From: Takakia lepidozioides
Taxonomy: Eukaryota; Plantae; Bryophyta
Reading direction: 5' to 3'
Assembly: GCA_030704615.1 (NCBI GenBank)
Contig: CM060734.1
Span: forward strand, 24,242,001 to 24,306,000
DNA length: 64,000 nt
Made by a program: the position numbers and the translations under genes. Each line of letters begins with the position of its first letter. Within the stretch, counting starts at the first letter, position 1. Of the stretch, positions 36,887-49,469 are shown one piece after another. The notes beneath the pieces were generated by a model, which saw nothing but the letters and a program-made list of their open reading frames with translations, was not told the DNA's origin and made no database searches.

Positions 36887-39800
36887 CGTTAAAGGGCTGC
36901 TTGGGACTTAGACCCTTAATTTTTGCGCAGACTGAGACCAACATGAGCCTTAGGGGTGGCAGGAGCAGGCTTTAGGGGGGTTACATAGCCCAACACAGCT
37001 ATACACAGCCCGTCACAGTCTATCACAGCCAGACACAGTCTGACACAGCCCGACATAGCTTCACACAACCCGACACAACTTCGCACAGCCCGACACAGCT
37101 TCGCATAGCCAGTCACAGCCCGACACAACTTTACACAGCCAGTCACAGCTCGGCACAGCTTGACACAACATGTCACAATACATGGAGAACAGTTATCATT
37201 GACAGGGAATGACTGTGTGGGAACGACATCTGCAGAGGGAACGTGTTACTTCAAGGGTGACGGTTAGTTAGTTAGGTGGTTAGAACAGCTTGCGGGTAGA
37301 TTAGGAGAGCGGCAACAGGAAGGGGATGACTTCTTGAGGAGGGCGACTTGTTTAGGAGAGGAGGAGACGTAACGGAGAGCGGAAACAGTGAAGAGGAGAT
37401 TATGACTTGAATGAGGCTTAGTTCATGCAAGCTGTAAAATTATACAATAGGGTAGAATAGAGACACCATGGCTTAGGCATGATACATGATTAATCTTAAT
37501 CCGATACTGAATCGATACAAACATACTGTGTAGAGAGACACGAGAGAAGCTGTGGTATGAATGCATGATTAATTGGAACTTAGTAGATACTGAAGCAATC
37601 TGATGCTTCACTATACACGGTAAGGTAAATTGATAACATGAAGGCAGGAAGGAATACAAATAGGAAGCACAACCATGATTCACTAGCTGCAGGTCATGAC
37701 TGATTGTTCTAAGCGGGCTGAGTGCTAAGAGATATCCAACTCTTATATCTTGGAGTTTCCACCTCGGATAGCGAAGGGATGGGTGAGTAAAAGCCGCTCA
37801 ACATTTGGCGACCATACTGCTGAACTGGGTCATGAACAACCAGATGTGACAGGCATCTGGTGGGATCATGGTGGTTGGAGAATTAAAGAATTTGATGTGA
37901 ATCAAATTCCCTGTGGAACTGAGAAGGAAAGATTGTCCAAACAATTCTTTCAGAGGTTCTTGGAATTGCCAGACGGTTGTAAAGAAAACATTCTTAAGAG
38001 AGTGCATGATGCTGACCCTGAGTGGGGTCTGGAGAAAAGAGTGATAAAGATTTATCAGGTGGCCTATAGAGGAAGAGCACATTGGTTACCAACACTGGTT
38101 TATGTGATAGCATTGCTATCCATTAAGCGAGTAGAGTTTGAAGGCTGGGAGGAAAGGAAGATGAATGTTTATACTCATATGCATGAGGAGCTTGTACTGG
38201 TAAAGAATTGGATTCCTAAGGATATTTTGTGGATCAAACTCACACCAAGAACAACTTTCCAGACTAGTTTGCCATATGGTTATATGGTAACGAAGACTTC
38301 TAGTATAGCCAAGGGTGCATTGAAGCTTGAAAGAAACCCAAGCATATACGAGAGATACTACAGAAGAGAGTTTTGGTTATTGCCACATTAAAGAAATGAA
38401 AGACATGAGACATGAGTGATGAAAGAGAAGCTAGACTCCAGAGATATTCAGTAAAAAGATAAAGTTATCTGAAAGCTAATTATCCATATCTTTGGGAGAG
38501 AGGAATAGACATAGGGGAATCATCTGGACCTCTCACACCATTAAGATCAGAGAGTACATCACCCATACCAGAAGAACTAGAGTTGGATGCCACTCCTTCT
38601 TTTTCTTTGCAAGAAAGATTAAGGGAATTGGTACAGGAAGAAGATCAACCACGAGGTGAAAGATCTGAGGTACATCCCTGGATAAAAGATTTGACATAAA
38701 TCTTTGATAAGAGTTGGCATAGAACACCAAAGGCAGGAACTCCAGTTTCTGAAACGGAAGACGAAGAAGGAGGAGAGGATGTGGCAGAGCCAACGGAGAG
38801 TTCAGACTCTCCAACACCATTGCCAATTTGAGCACATGTGTATTGTGAACAATGAGAATGGCGATGATGCCAAGATGAGACTGTTTCCTTGTTCACTTAT
38901 AAAGAAATCAAGTGAATGGTATGCAAGATTCCCTGATAATCATTTCCTAACCTAGAATGGCTTGAATACAGCATTCCGAAATAGGTTCAGGACAAGTAAA
39001 ACTGAGGATGAAGTGTATGGAAATTTACAACAGTTAAAGCAAAAGAAGCATGAAACTGTTGAGGAGTATATGGAAAAGATGGAATTGATGATGAAAAAGC
39101 TGGCTGCTGTACTAGCACCAGGTTTACAGAAGACTTGGTTTGTGAGTGGACTTAGACCAGAGTTGCAAAAGAAAGTGGATATACCCCATAATACAGTGGA
39201 GGAGGCATTTGAAACAGCGAACAGAATGGAGCAATTGGGAATGCTCAGGAGAGAGAAAAGGGATGATGAGGACTCTAAGGATGAGTTAGATGAGGAAGAA
39301 GAGCAAGAGCTTAAGAGGAAGAGTAAGAGGAAGGAAAAGTTGAAGAGGGATAACTATGAGAAAAGATTAGAAGAAATCTTGAAGAAGTATGCCACAGAGG
39401 CTGTAACACATTGGAGGAATGGTGTTTGGTGTGCAAAATGCCAGAATGAAGGCCATACCACAGCTGAATGCCACATGAAGGAGAAACACTGAGGACTCTG
39501 AGGATGAGTCAGAGGAAGAAGAAGAGCAGGAGCTCAAGAGGAAAAGTAAGAAGAAGGAGAAGTTGAAGAGGGATAACTATGAAAAGAGGCTGGAGGAAAT
39601 CTTGAAGAAGTATGTCATAGAGGCTGTAACACATTGGAGGAAGGGTGTATGGTGTGCAAAATGCCAGAATGAAGGCCATACCACAGCTGAATGCCACATG
39701 AAGGAGAAACACTGTACTATCTGTAAAATGGATAACCATTCTACTGAGAATTGTTACTACAACAGAAGGACTGCTGCAAGAGAACCTAGGCAAGTAAGGG

Positions 39801-42800
39801 TGCATCAAGTGCAGCCCCAGCCAAGAAGAAACAGTGATCAGGACCACTATGGTAGGCCTGGTGGTTATAACAATGGCATGGAAGGGAGAGGTAATCCAAG
39901 AGGGAATTACCAAGGAAATTCCAGAGGCAACTATCAGGGTAATCCAAGGGGGAAATACCAGCCAGAGAATCAGGATTACAGAAACAATCCCAGAACAGAC
40001 CAAGGGCGAGGACCTAATGGGGAAGAACTGTGTTACTATTGTAATCAGGCAGGACATCGCAAGGCAGCCTGTCCATTCTGGATCAGACACCAGAATGAGA
40101 TGAGAGCTCCTGTGAATGAGGGGCCAGTGGTGGCAGTTCACATGGTTAGGCCATGTGTTGTACCAGAAATAAGTACAATGATAGTAACCAGAAGCAAAGC
40201 CAAAATAATACCTCCAGTAGATGAGGAAGATGATGATAATGAAGATGGCAGTGATGTGCCTGAAGATGATGAGGCTTGGAGAGATGAGAAGGAACTGCAC
40301 AAGGAAGTGGCAGATACCATAAGGGAAATGCAGAAGAGTACTGATATTCCTATGGCAGATTCCTCTGATTCTGAAAGAGAAGAGGAAGTGAGTGAGGATG
40401 AAGGGAAGAAAGAAGCTGCAGAAATGCAGAGTAATGAAGGGAATTTGGCTGAAGTAATATGCCAGTCCAAAGCGGAGATTACCATTGGACAGCTATTGGC
40501 TGTGGCACCTTATTGTAGACACAGGCTGTATCAAGCAATCAATCGGATTGCCCATGTGACAGGGAACACAGACCTGAACAACAAGGTGACCAGTTATAAT
40601 GTGAAGCCGGAAGGGCGAGAAACAGTCATGGACTTTGATGATTCTATGCCAGTAATCCAATTGAGAATTGGAAGCACAGAACTAACTGATGTACTGATAG
40701 ATGGAGGCTCTGGAGTGAATATCATGACAGACCAATTAAGGCAGAAGCTTGGTCTAAGTAACATGAAACCAGCCCCATTTACAGTAACAATGGCAGATCA
40801 AAGAAGTGTTCAACCATTGGGATTGATAAGAGGAGTTAAGATACAGATTCAAAAGATGATCTTTATGATCACAGTACCTGTGTTGAAAATGGATGAAGTT
40901 ATGGAAGCTTACTCCTTATTGTTGGGTCGACCGTGGCTGAAACAGGCTAGGGTATTCCATGACTGGAATTCCCAGCTACTAACTGTGCATGATTGGATGC
41001 ACAAGATACAAATCACCACTAGGAAATCTAGTAGACTACCTGCTACGAGAAGACCTCGAGGGGTCAGGGAGTATGACAGGAGGGGAGGACTTGATGAGGA
41101 ACAGAAAGCTACCCTGTTTGCTGCACACCCAGAGTGGGAGCAGGTTGCAGAGATGCAACTGGAAGGCCTAAGTTGTTTAAAAGGTATATGTTGTGGTGTA
41201 GTGACAACAACACCAATTGAGGGTGAAACAAGATGTTACCCACCACATTTCTATGAAGAAAGAGAGGGAGAAATGGAAATCCTAGAAGAACCAGCCGCTG
41301 TGAGTTTACAGGATGAAGTGGTGACTGGTTGGACAATCACAGCTGATGAGCAGGTGAGAGAAGTGAATGTGGGAACTGAAGGGGAACCGAGGATGGTGAA
41401 GGTAGGGGCTGATTTGGAGCCAGAATTCTTTGAGGAAGCTAAGAGTCTGTTCATCAAATACAGAGATGTATTTGCTTGGAGCTACGAGGATTTGAAAGGG
41501 ATACCACCTGAGATCTGTCAGCATAAGATTGAACTGGAACCAGGGTCAGTACCAATCAAACAGGCAAGGTACAGAATGAATCCCAACTATGCACAGAAGG
41601 TTGGAGAAGAGATCAAGAAGTTGGCCGAGGCTAAGTTTATATACCCGATAGAGTATACAACTTGGTTGTCACCCATTGTGATAGTTCCCAAGAAGAATGG
41701 TAAACTGAGAGTTTGTGTGAACTATAAGAAGTTGAATGCTTATACAAAGAAAGATCCTTTCCCTTTGCCATTCACAGAAGCGGTATTGGACACTGTGGCA
41801 GGCCATGAGATATACTCATTCATGGATGGCTTCAGTGGTTATAATCAAGTGCAAGTGGCAGAAGAAGACCAGGGAAAGACAGCTTTCATCACAGACTGGG
41901 GTGCATATGCATACAAAGTCATGCCTTTTGGACTTTGTAATGCACCAGCAACCTTTCAGAGAGTCATAAGTGAATCTTTTCATGAGTACCTGGATGATTT
42001 CATGCAAGTGTTCTTGGATGATTTCAGTGTGTACAGCTCTAAGAATGAGCACTTGCATAAATTGGAATTATGTCTGGCCAGATGCAGGATGAGAGGTCTA
42101 GGCCTGAATCCAGAGAAGTGTACTTTCTGTGTGAACTCAGGGGTGCTTTTGGGACACATAGTGTGTAAGAGAGGACTTCTTGTGGATCCCAGAAAGACAG
42201 AGGCCATTAAAGCCTCTCCACCACCAGTAAATGTTAAGAGTCTAAGGAGATTCCTTGGACAAACCAGTTATTACAGAAGATTTGTCAGACGGTATGCACA
42301 GATAGCAGCACCATTGAGCAAGCTTCTGAAGAAAGATGAAGTGTTTGCATGGACAACTGAATGTCAACAGGCTTATGAGGAACTTACATTGTCAGTAACA
42401 ACTACACCTGTGCTGATTAACCCTCACTGGCACGTAGTATTTCATGTTTACTGTGATGCCTCAGGAGAAGCGTTGGGAGCAGTGTTAGCCCAAAATGTTA
42501 CAGGAAATATAGATTCACCTGTGTACTATGCTAGCAGGTTGATGAACAATGCTGAAAGGAACTATAGCACAACTGAAAGAGAAGCACTGGCAATGATTTA
42601 TGCAGTCAAGAAATTCAGGCATTACCTATTGGGAAGGAAGTTTATGTTTTATGTGGATCACCAGGCTCTGATATATCTGGTGAACAAACCTTTGATAAGT
42701 GGAAGGATAGCAAGGTGGTTAATAATCTTGCACGAGTTTGAGTTCGAAGTTGTTTACAAGCCTGGCCGTTTGCATCTTGTGGCAGATCACTTGTCACGCC

Positions 42801-42960
42801 TATCAACAGGAGAGCCCGCCACAGGAGTAGATGACCAATTACCTGATGCGAGTTTATTTGCAGTGGAGGTGCAGGGAAGTGCAGATGACTGGTTAGATTG
42901 GCAGTGGCCAATCAGATACTACCTTACTCATGGTCAGTGCCCACCTAGTTATGGAAAGGA
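36887..42960 (+). mobile_element. Ty3/gypsy element G3 (same family as G2); LTR 36887-37803; interrupted at the start of integrase
   Basis: LTR homologous to G2; PBS TGGCGACCATACTG at 37806; extra ORF, gag, PR, RT, RNase H. Confidence 0.92.
39563..42960 (+). CDS. gag-pol: G3 gag-pol open frame (knuckles, protease, RT, RNase H)
   Basis: >1100 open codons with LIDGGSG, FLDD, YCDASG..LGAVL, TEREAL, VDHQAL, ADHLSR. Confidence 0.93.
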
Positions 42961-45569
42961 GGGGGGCTGCTATTTCATGAGCGACATGAGCATGAGCGGA
43001 AAAAAAAAAAAACACGAGCAGACCATTGTGAGTCGACGGAAATAGGGTTAGGAGGCAAGGAAATAGGGTCATGTGAAGTTGGAATGTGGCACCAGTGGAC
43101 TTGAAATGCAACATTTTATTGCAAATTTTGTGGCAAGCCACGTCTATACAAGTGTGTTCTAACTATCATAGCCGGAATGGGCACTACTCTCCTACACCCT
43201 CCGAGGAACTTGCCGCACCTTCTTCCTCATCCCCCCTATCCCCCTCATCCTCCGAGCTCTGTGATGCATCAGTTCCACCACTATGCCTCTCAAAAATCCC
43301 GTCCTCTCCTTGGGGGACTGTCCACCTCACCTCCTGGGAATCTTCTGCGTCTTCTCCCCCACTTTCCTCAATCCAAGACAAATCTACGAGCCCGACGGGC
43401 TCTAATAGCTGCTGCCTCCTCCCTCATCTTCATTTTCTTGAGGCTTGCCTCGTCTAAAATCTGTTGTACACGACTAGGTTCGGAACACCTCCTAATGGAC
43501 ACCAAAGCAAGCCGGGCAGCATAAGTAGGAAGGATGTACTCCCTTTCTAGACTAGGCATGAAATCCCCCCTGGCAAAAAAAGGCACGTTCCTCCTGCCCA
43601 TGAACTCCGGTGTAGACGTTCCTCCGGCAGTACTTGGCATCCTACAGTAAGAACAAATCCACTTCAAGAATGTCAATACCAGCACAACCAGAAAGGGTTT
43701 TCAATGAAATAAGAGAGCGGAGGGAGGTGCCTCATGAAATCTGGAGGCAACTTACAATGCCACCACTCACTCGTAAACCGGGGGCTCCTCGGCCTCGATC
43801 CCAACTTCCTCCCCCTGCTCCTTCTCGGATTTTTCCTCATCCTCCGAGGATGCCTCTTCCTCTTTCGGTAGACGTTCAGCCGCTGCAAGTTCCGAGTTGT
43901 GGAGGGCAGTATCTGGCACGAAGGCGAACACATGCCTGTCGGACAACGTCCCTGCCCACATTGAAGCACCTGAGGAACAAAGCGGGCGGTTAATAGCTTG
44001 CGGCATGCAATTGCAATCGGGCCAGGGGACAAACTGATCACGTGAAGGCTTACCCGTGCCGCATGTGAGGTCCAGAATCCGCCCTTGGACATCCGAGCAC
44101 GTCTCCATGAGGGTTTGGATGAAAGCAGGGCTCCGGGTCCGGCTGTACCGCCACAGTTTGCCTGTCTTTGTGTCCTTTGGCATACTGGAGTGGGGCACAT
44201 AGTTGTAGAGGACATCGTAGGTTACAGGGTCCACAACGGCATCAACAAGACGACCGTCGTTGCGGAATTTGAACGTAGACCCTCTCTTCACAAAGCAATA
44301 TGCCTCAAACACCAATGTCTGCACATCCAACAAAGAAGGGATCAACTCCAGGGTCTACTTAACATACACCACAATATGAAGTGAATGCAATAGATTGATA
44401 ACTTACACTTTGGCCCTCTGTTCGCAACCCCTGTGTACTGATGCAGAACCATTTTCTGAGGAGGACCGGGGTGACACTTTTGGGTGTCCACCTTGCCACC
44501 GCATTCTCTGTGGTCTTCCCTCTCGTGGCAAGGACAACCACACATCCACCGTCATCCAGAAGCATCCCCGCCAGCCCAAACCCGGCTTTCCAGTAGTCCT
44601 CTGTAAACCTGTTCCAGGTGGGCACACCATCCAGGCCCTCCAGCAGCTCCCCATCTGGAATGTCGAGGAGAATCATGTCGCAAGCTCTCTCCACCTCAAC
44701 CCCCCCCCCCCCCGAGTGCTCTTGCAATTCGTGCTCACACCCGTGAAGAATTCCATCATGGCTTCAAAACCAGGGGTGTCTTTAGGCTCTGTACCGCCAG
44801 CCCTCTTCTTGGCTTTCCCCTTCTGCTCCGCCAGAGACTTGTTGTGTGCCACCTTCTTTGCCCTGGCAGCGAGAGCGTCAAGGAAGCTCTCATTGACGCA
44901 TTGGATGATGGTTGGAGGTTCTAGCTTTGGCCTGTGCGTAAACGTCACCGCCGAATACCGCCGTGTAGGCTCGCCCTCAAATGCCAACTTCTTGGCAGAG
45001 CCAGTCCCACTCCGAAGTGACTTGGGAACCCGGACGACCGGTGACTGGGTAGGAGCAACAGCAGTTGCAGGACCTTGAACAAAGTCGTCGTCCGAGTCAC
45101 TCTCTTGGGTCCCCTCCTGCGCCTCCTCCGATGCCCCGATGGTTTTCTTCTTTTTGGGTGTTACTGCACTCACCTATTTCCTTGTCCTTTTCCTTTGGCC
45201 TTTACTCTTCTCATGCAATTTCTCCTGAATTCCTGCCTGAGCAAGCTCTGCCGCTTTCCTGGAGTTCGCAAGCGCTTTTGCCTCTTTTGCACCCAATGGA
45301 GACAGCGGAGCCCGGTTTCGTCGGAATTCAGCATCCAGCTTCAATTGAAACTCGGATGGGTCGAGCGAGCCGGGCGGAAGGTCCACATACCAAGGGCAAT
45401 CACGCAAATGTTCCAGATGCCACTCCTTCACAATATCGTCAGTGTACATGGAGTTAGCCCCAGGGTTCCTCCATGCCAGGAAGAATGGTGGCTCGAAAGA
45501 CAGATGACATTTCTCCAAAAGGGAGAACTTGCAGTACCTGCATTCATGAAAAACACAATGAGGTCCCTG

Positions 45570-46530
45570 AAATGCATATTCGGCACCATTTTCCCAGGTT
45601 GGGGCGGATGTGAGTGGGCCTAGAAATGGAAAAATGGCGCCGAATTTCGGTTTTCGGTGACTGCCACCCTAGGGACTTAGCCATCTTGGGAGCCCTGAAC
45701 TGGAAATTCGGCGCCATTTTTCCCGGTTTGGCCCGAAGATGGCTAAGTCCCAGAACCGCAATAGGGCCTAGAACTGGAAAAATGGCGCCGAATTTCCAGT
45801 TCAGGGCCAGCCACCCTAGGGACTTAGCCCGAAAATGGCTAAGTCCCTGAACGGCAATAGGGCCTAGAACTGGAAAATGGCGCCGAATTTCCAGTTCAGG
45901 GCCAGCCACCCTAGGACTTAGCCCGAAAATGGCTAAGTCCCTGAACGGCAATAGGGCCTAGAACTGGAAAATGGCGCCGAATTTCCAGTTCAGGGCCAGC
46001 CACCCTAGGACTTAGCCCGAAAATGGCTAAGTCCCTGAACGGCAATAGGGCCTAGAACTGGAAAATGGCGCCGAATTTCCAGTTTGGGGCCAGCCAGTCT
46101 AGGGACTTAGCCCGAAAATGGCTGTCCCTGAACGGCAATAAGGCCTAGAACTGGAAAATGGTGCCGAATTTCCACTTCAGGGCCAGCCACCCTAGGGACT
46201 TAGCCCGAAAATGGCTAAGTCCCTGAACGGCAATAGGGCCTGGAACTGGAAAATGGCGCCGAATTTCCAGTTCAGGGCCAGCCAGTCTAGGGACTTAGCC
46301 CAAAAATGGCTAAGTCCCTGAACGGCAATAGGGCCTAGAACTGGAAAATGGCGCCGAATTTCCAATTCCGGGCCAGCCAGTCTAGGGACTTAGCCCGAAA
46401 ATGGCCACGTCCCTGAACGGCAATAGGGCCTAGAACTGGAAAATGGCGCCGAATTTCCAGTTCAGGGCCAGCCAGTCTAGGGACTTAGCCAATTTCGGAG
46501 CCCTGACTGGAAATTCGGCGCCATTTTCCC
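45570..46530. repeat. Intronic ~95-bp tandem array (~9 units), each with two palindromes
   Basis: Units start ~45765, 45860, 45954, 46048, 46141, 46236, 46331, 46426; CTGGAAAATGGCGCCGAATTTCCAG and GGGACTTAGCC-N7-GGCTAAGTCCC; lies inside intron 45538-46597. Confidence 0.95.
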
Positions 46531-48742
46531 TAACACCACATGAGGCCTCTAACATCCTGAAATGCAAGGACTTGAAAGAAAGGCAGCGCGTATGTACCTG
46601 TACAGAAGGCGCATTGCTGCTTTGTCCGCGTTCGGCTAGTTGGTGAACTCGTGGCTCCGGCGAGCATCTGCTATCTCCCGAAAGAATAGGTTGGTTTTGT
46701 AGAGCAGAAAGTACCTCGTCACATAGTCACGTAGGCTCTCTGCTGCAGGAGATATCTCCATCTTGAACTGATGTGCTTGTGTGTCCAGCTGCTCTTGCGC
46801 ATTCGTCGTCACCTGTGGAGATTCTCCATCAGATCGCTTTCCTGAAAAAATACAATGAATCCACCCCCTACTAGAGTAGAAGCCCCAAACGAAGCATGGG
46901 GAAGTACCTGAAACCACCATGTCATGCGGTTCATCCACATGTCGAATGTGGGGTCAGAGAGTTTGTCCGGTTTGGGGAAGCTCCACATGTCCCTGGTACT
47001 TTGGGAACCATTCCAGATTTGGAGCCACCGGGTCTGTCTAACCACCCAGCATATTCGTAAGCGCCAAACACCACAAAAAGGAGTTGTTGCCACCACAATT
47101 TGGTTAAGAATGTATCACCTTTTCTGTTGCATCCACACAGGATGTGGCTAGACGATGGAGCTTCTCCAATGTCATCGTGGGCTTTAGAGCGCGAGAGTAG
47201 TGCTTCCCCACCTCCACCAGAAAGTCGGCACCAAGGGCGGGATCAGCTATGGCCACGTACTTTACCATCCGCGACTTGTACTTTATGCGGGCCCTCACCT
47301 CCGCAGCTTTGACATACGATTTGAGTGTCGGGAGGGTTGGATTCTTCTCCTCTGACTCCATGTAGAACCTCTGCGCATGTGCCAAATCCTGCTGTATTTT
47401 CGTCTGTCAAGAATGCGCACATAAGATTAGAGATCCTGCTCAACACAATTTCTTCTATTGGGGGAGGAGATTAGAAATCACGGTGAAGACCTTTTCTTCT
47501 ATTGGGGGAGGAGAGACAGATTAGCTCAACAAAACTGTCAGGAGCTTTACCCGAAATATGTAGTCCACCATGGCGTCGACGCTCAGCCTATACCAGGTTC
47601 TGTCTGCCTTTGCCTCCGACTTGCGCAGGAGGTCGGCACTGAGGGAATTGGCAAACTCTTGCACCCCCTGCTTCCCGACATCCTTCACTCGGAAGAGCAT
47701 ATGGGACAAGTTGGTGGCAATGAAGGCATTATCAGTCACCCTGCAGTGCCACATTTCCATCAAACAATACTGAAATGGGAATTTTCATCATATATGAGGA
47801 TTTGCAATGAAATGACTTCCAAATTCAAAGTCCAAAAGCGAGAGGCGTTGTAGCTTACGAGTTGATGTCCGCCATTGCAGCTTTGAGAAGACTGCGATCT
47901 TTGGGCCCCGCAACCTTCAGCTCAACACAATCCACGGCGAAATGCCAATCGAGGTCGTTGGGGTGGGCTTGGGCAATGTGCTCCATCCATGCCAAGAGGT
48001 GATGATTGCCGTCCCACACGTAGAACATCTTACCGGACAAGTGCTGGAAAAGAGGATCACTAGCAATCGATCTCTCGAACTCCTCATTTCGCGTTTGCCA
48101 ATGGGGACCCCATTTGTCCACCTCATCGGAAGTGTGGGCACGGGAAGCTCCGTGGTCGTTCTCAATGGAAACGTAAAACGCGGCAGACCCCATTCGATAT
48201 CCATCCCGGAAAGAGAATTTCAGCTTGTCGATATCGCCTGGGAGGGCAGGTCTCACCACCTGCAATGACACCAAGCGGCAAAGGGGAATTCGAAGCTTGG
48301 CCGGGTACACCATGCCCCCCAACACCCTGCCAATGTTGCTGTGGGTTGCCTCCAACATCTTGGCAGTGGCCAACTTCATATCCGCCTCAGACATGACATC
48401 TGCTGCAGAGGGGTTTTTCGGCAGCCCACCAGGACAGCCAAATCCAGCCTGTATGCTTCGGGTTTGGGGCCTGGGGATGTCCGGGAGGATGTCATCCTGG
48501 TCAGAAAGCTCCCTGTCGTCCTCCTCAACAGGGTCAGCCACCTGCGAAACCACCTCCAGCACTCTCCCCGTCTCTACTGCCCTCTCCCTGGCTTCACCTC
48601 GAACTTGCACAATCCGTGCTCTTTCTGGTGTTCTTTCCTCTCCTCCACTCTCCACCGTATGGGTAATTGCAGGGGCTGCTCTTGCCCGCGATGGTCTAAC
48701 CGGTGTGTTACTGCCTCTCTGTGGTGTCTTGGAGGGATCCAC

Positions 48743-49469
48743 TGTCGCGCACCTCACTTCGGTAAACTCCCCTTCAAGTCATAGTTACTCGCTTTGATGC
48801 GCGCGCCTGACTCCCAACCTGGCCGCCGGGCCAACTTGGAGCTTCGGCTGCTCACCGGGACATAACGGTCCCCCTTCGCTCCCCCACCAAACCCTCCACC
48901 TATTTGGGCCTAGTGGAATTCCCTTTGGTAGATGGCAGTCCGGAACAGCTCCCCACTCTTTGGTCGCTTTCCAGCTCGCTCGCTCACTCACTAGTTCTTG
49001 GTCACCAACAGGCTTGCACCGTTCTTGGGGTTACTACTCCCTATATATACTTCTGTAGCTGTCCGCGGGGGTTTCATAACCAGCCATGCCATTTTATGGC
49101 GAACCACCACGAGAACCCTCGACTCCCGGTGATGAGTCGCGGTGAGTCTTGGCCCACTCATCGCGGCCCCTATGGACCGTGATGAGTCCCAAGACTCCCC
49201 ACGACTCCCACCACGAGGTCTCCGCCCCCATGGTGAGTCCTATGCCACCCCACTAAGTCCCGCTAAGCTACCACCACCCCTTGTGGAGCCACCCCCACCG
49301 CAACCCGGTGTGCGGGGCTCCACCTAGTGAGCGCCTCCGCCTCCTTGAGTGCCTTGGGCACTCAAGGGTGCTTCAGCCCCCCCATCCTATCGCTGCCGCT
49401 GCCCCCACCACAGGGGCAGCCCCTCACGTGTCCCGACCCCCCCTGTCCTCAAGGCAAAGGGCCGCGACA
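48743..49469 (-). mobile_element. Solo LTR of the G1 family
   Basis: Reverse-complement homologue of 2120-2844; TG..CA ends; 5-bp TSD TCCAC at 48738-48742 and 49470-49474. Confidence 0.95.
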
